A stretch of 64,000 nucleotides of DNA, taken from the NCBI RefSeq assembly GCF_000002075.1, contig NW_004798045.1, positions 225,534 to 289,533 of the forward strand, read 5' to 3'. A model generated the notes under the pieces. The model did not search any database and was not told the origin of the DNA. It saw nothing but the letters and a program-made list of their open reading frames with translations. This DNA is from Aplysia californica. Lineage: Eukaryota. Of the stretch, positions 63,850 to 64,000 are shown piece after piece. Position numbers and translations under genes: made by a program. Numbering within the stretch: position 1 is the first letter of the stretch; every line of letters begins with the position of its first letter.

Positions 63850-64000
63850 CTGAAAAATGGCAAGAGACAAATTGGATTGATCAAACAACCATACAGTGAC
63901 CCAGGAAGAAAAGAAAATCTTTTTACACTGACACAGTATGTCCGTTTATCTGTGTGTTTATCCTCGTGTCTGTGAATACACAACCTTGTTTCATTATGCG

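Overview
AT-rich, repeat-rich animal genomic DNA (invertebrate-like; lineage cannot be fixed from sequence alone) with seven N gaps. One large minus-strand gene spans the whole window and runs off both ends. I rebuilt 52 GT-AG exons by hand, from 63849 down to 1333. Their intron phases join into one stop-free frame of 6590 nt (~2196 codons). The C-terminal half is a clear Roco protein: LRRs with an embedded EF-hand, an intact Roc GTPase (GLGGAGKTS, WDFAG, THLD, SAH), COR with a CPDC Zn motif, then two TIR domains. The N-terminal half aligns motif by motif to the same Roc-COR but has lost the GTP-binding motifs. It is followed by a Cys-rich finger, an MBT-like repeat and a tail resembling that of bacterial/plant TRN1-type Rocos. 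This tail reads directly into the first LRR within a single exon. The best interpretation is a 'double Roco' fusion: a pseudo-GTPase Roco joined to an active TIR-Roco. Introns hold three tRNA-derived SINE families, RTE/L1-type LINE fragments, several MITE families (TA and TTAA target sites), minisatellites next to splice sites, a U2 snRNA fragment and a recent local duplication. Most ORFs in the supplied track are exon read-throughs or noise.
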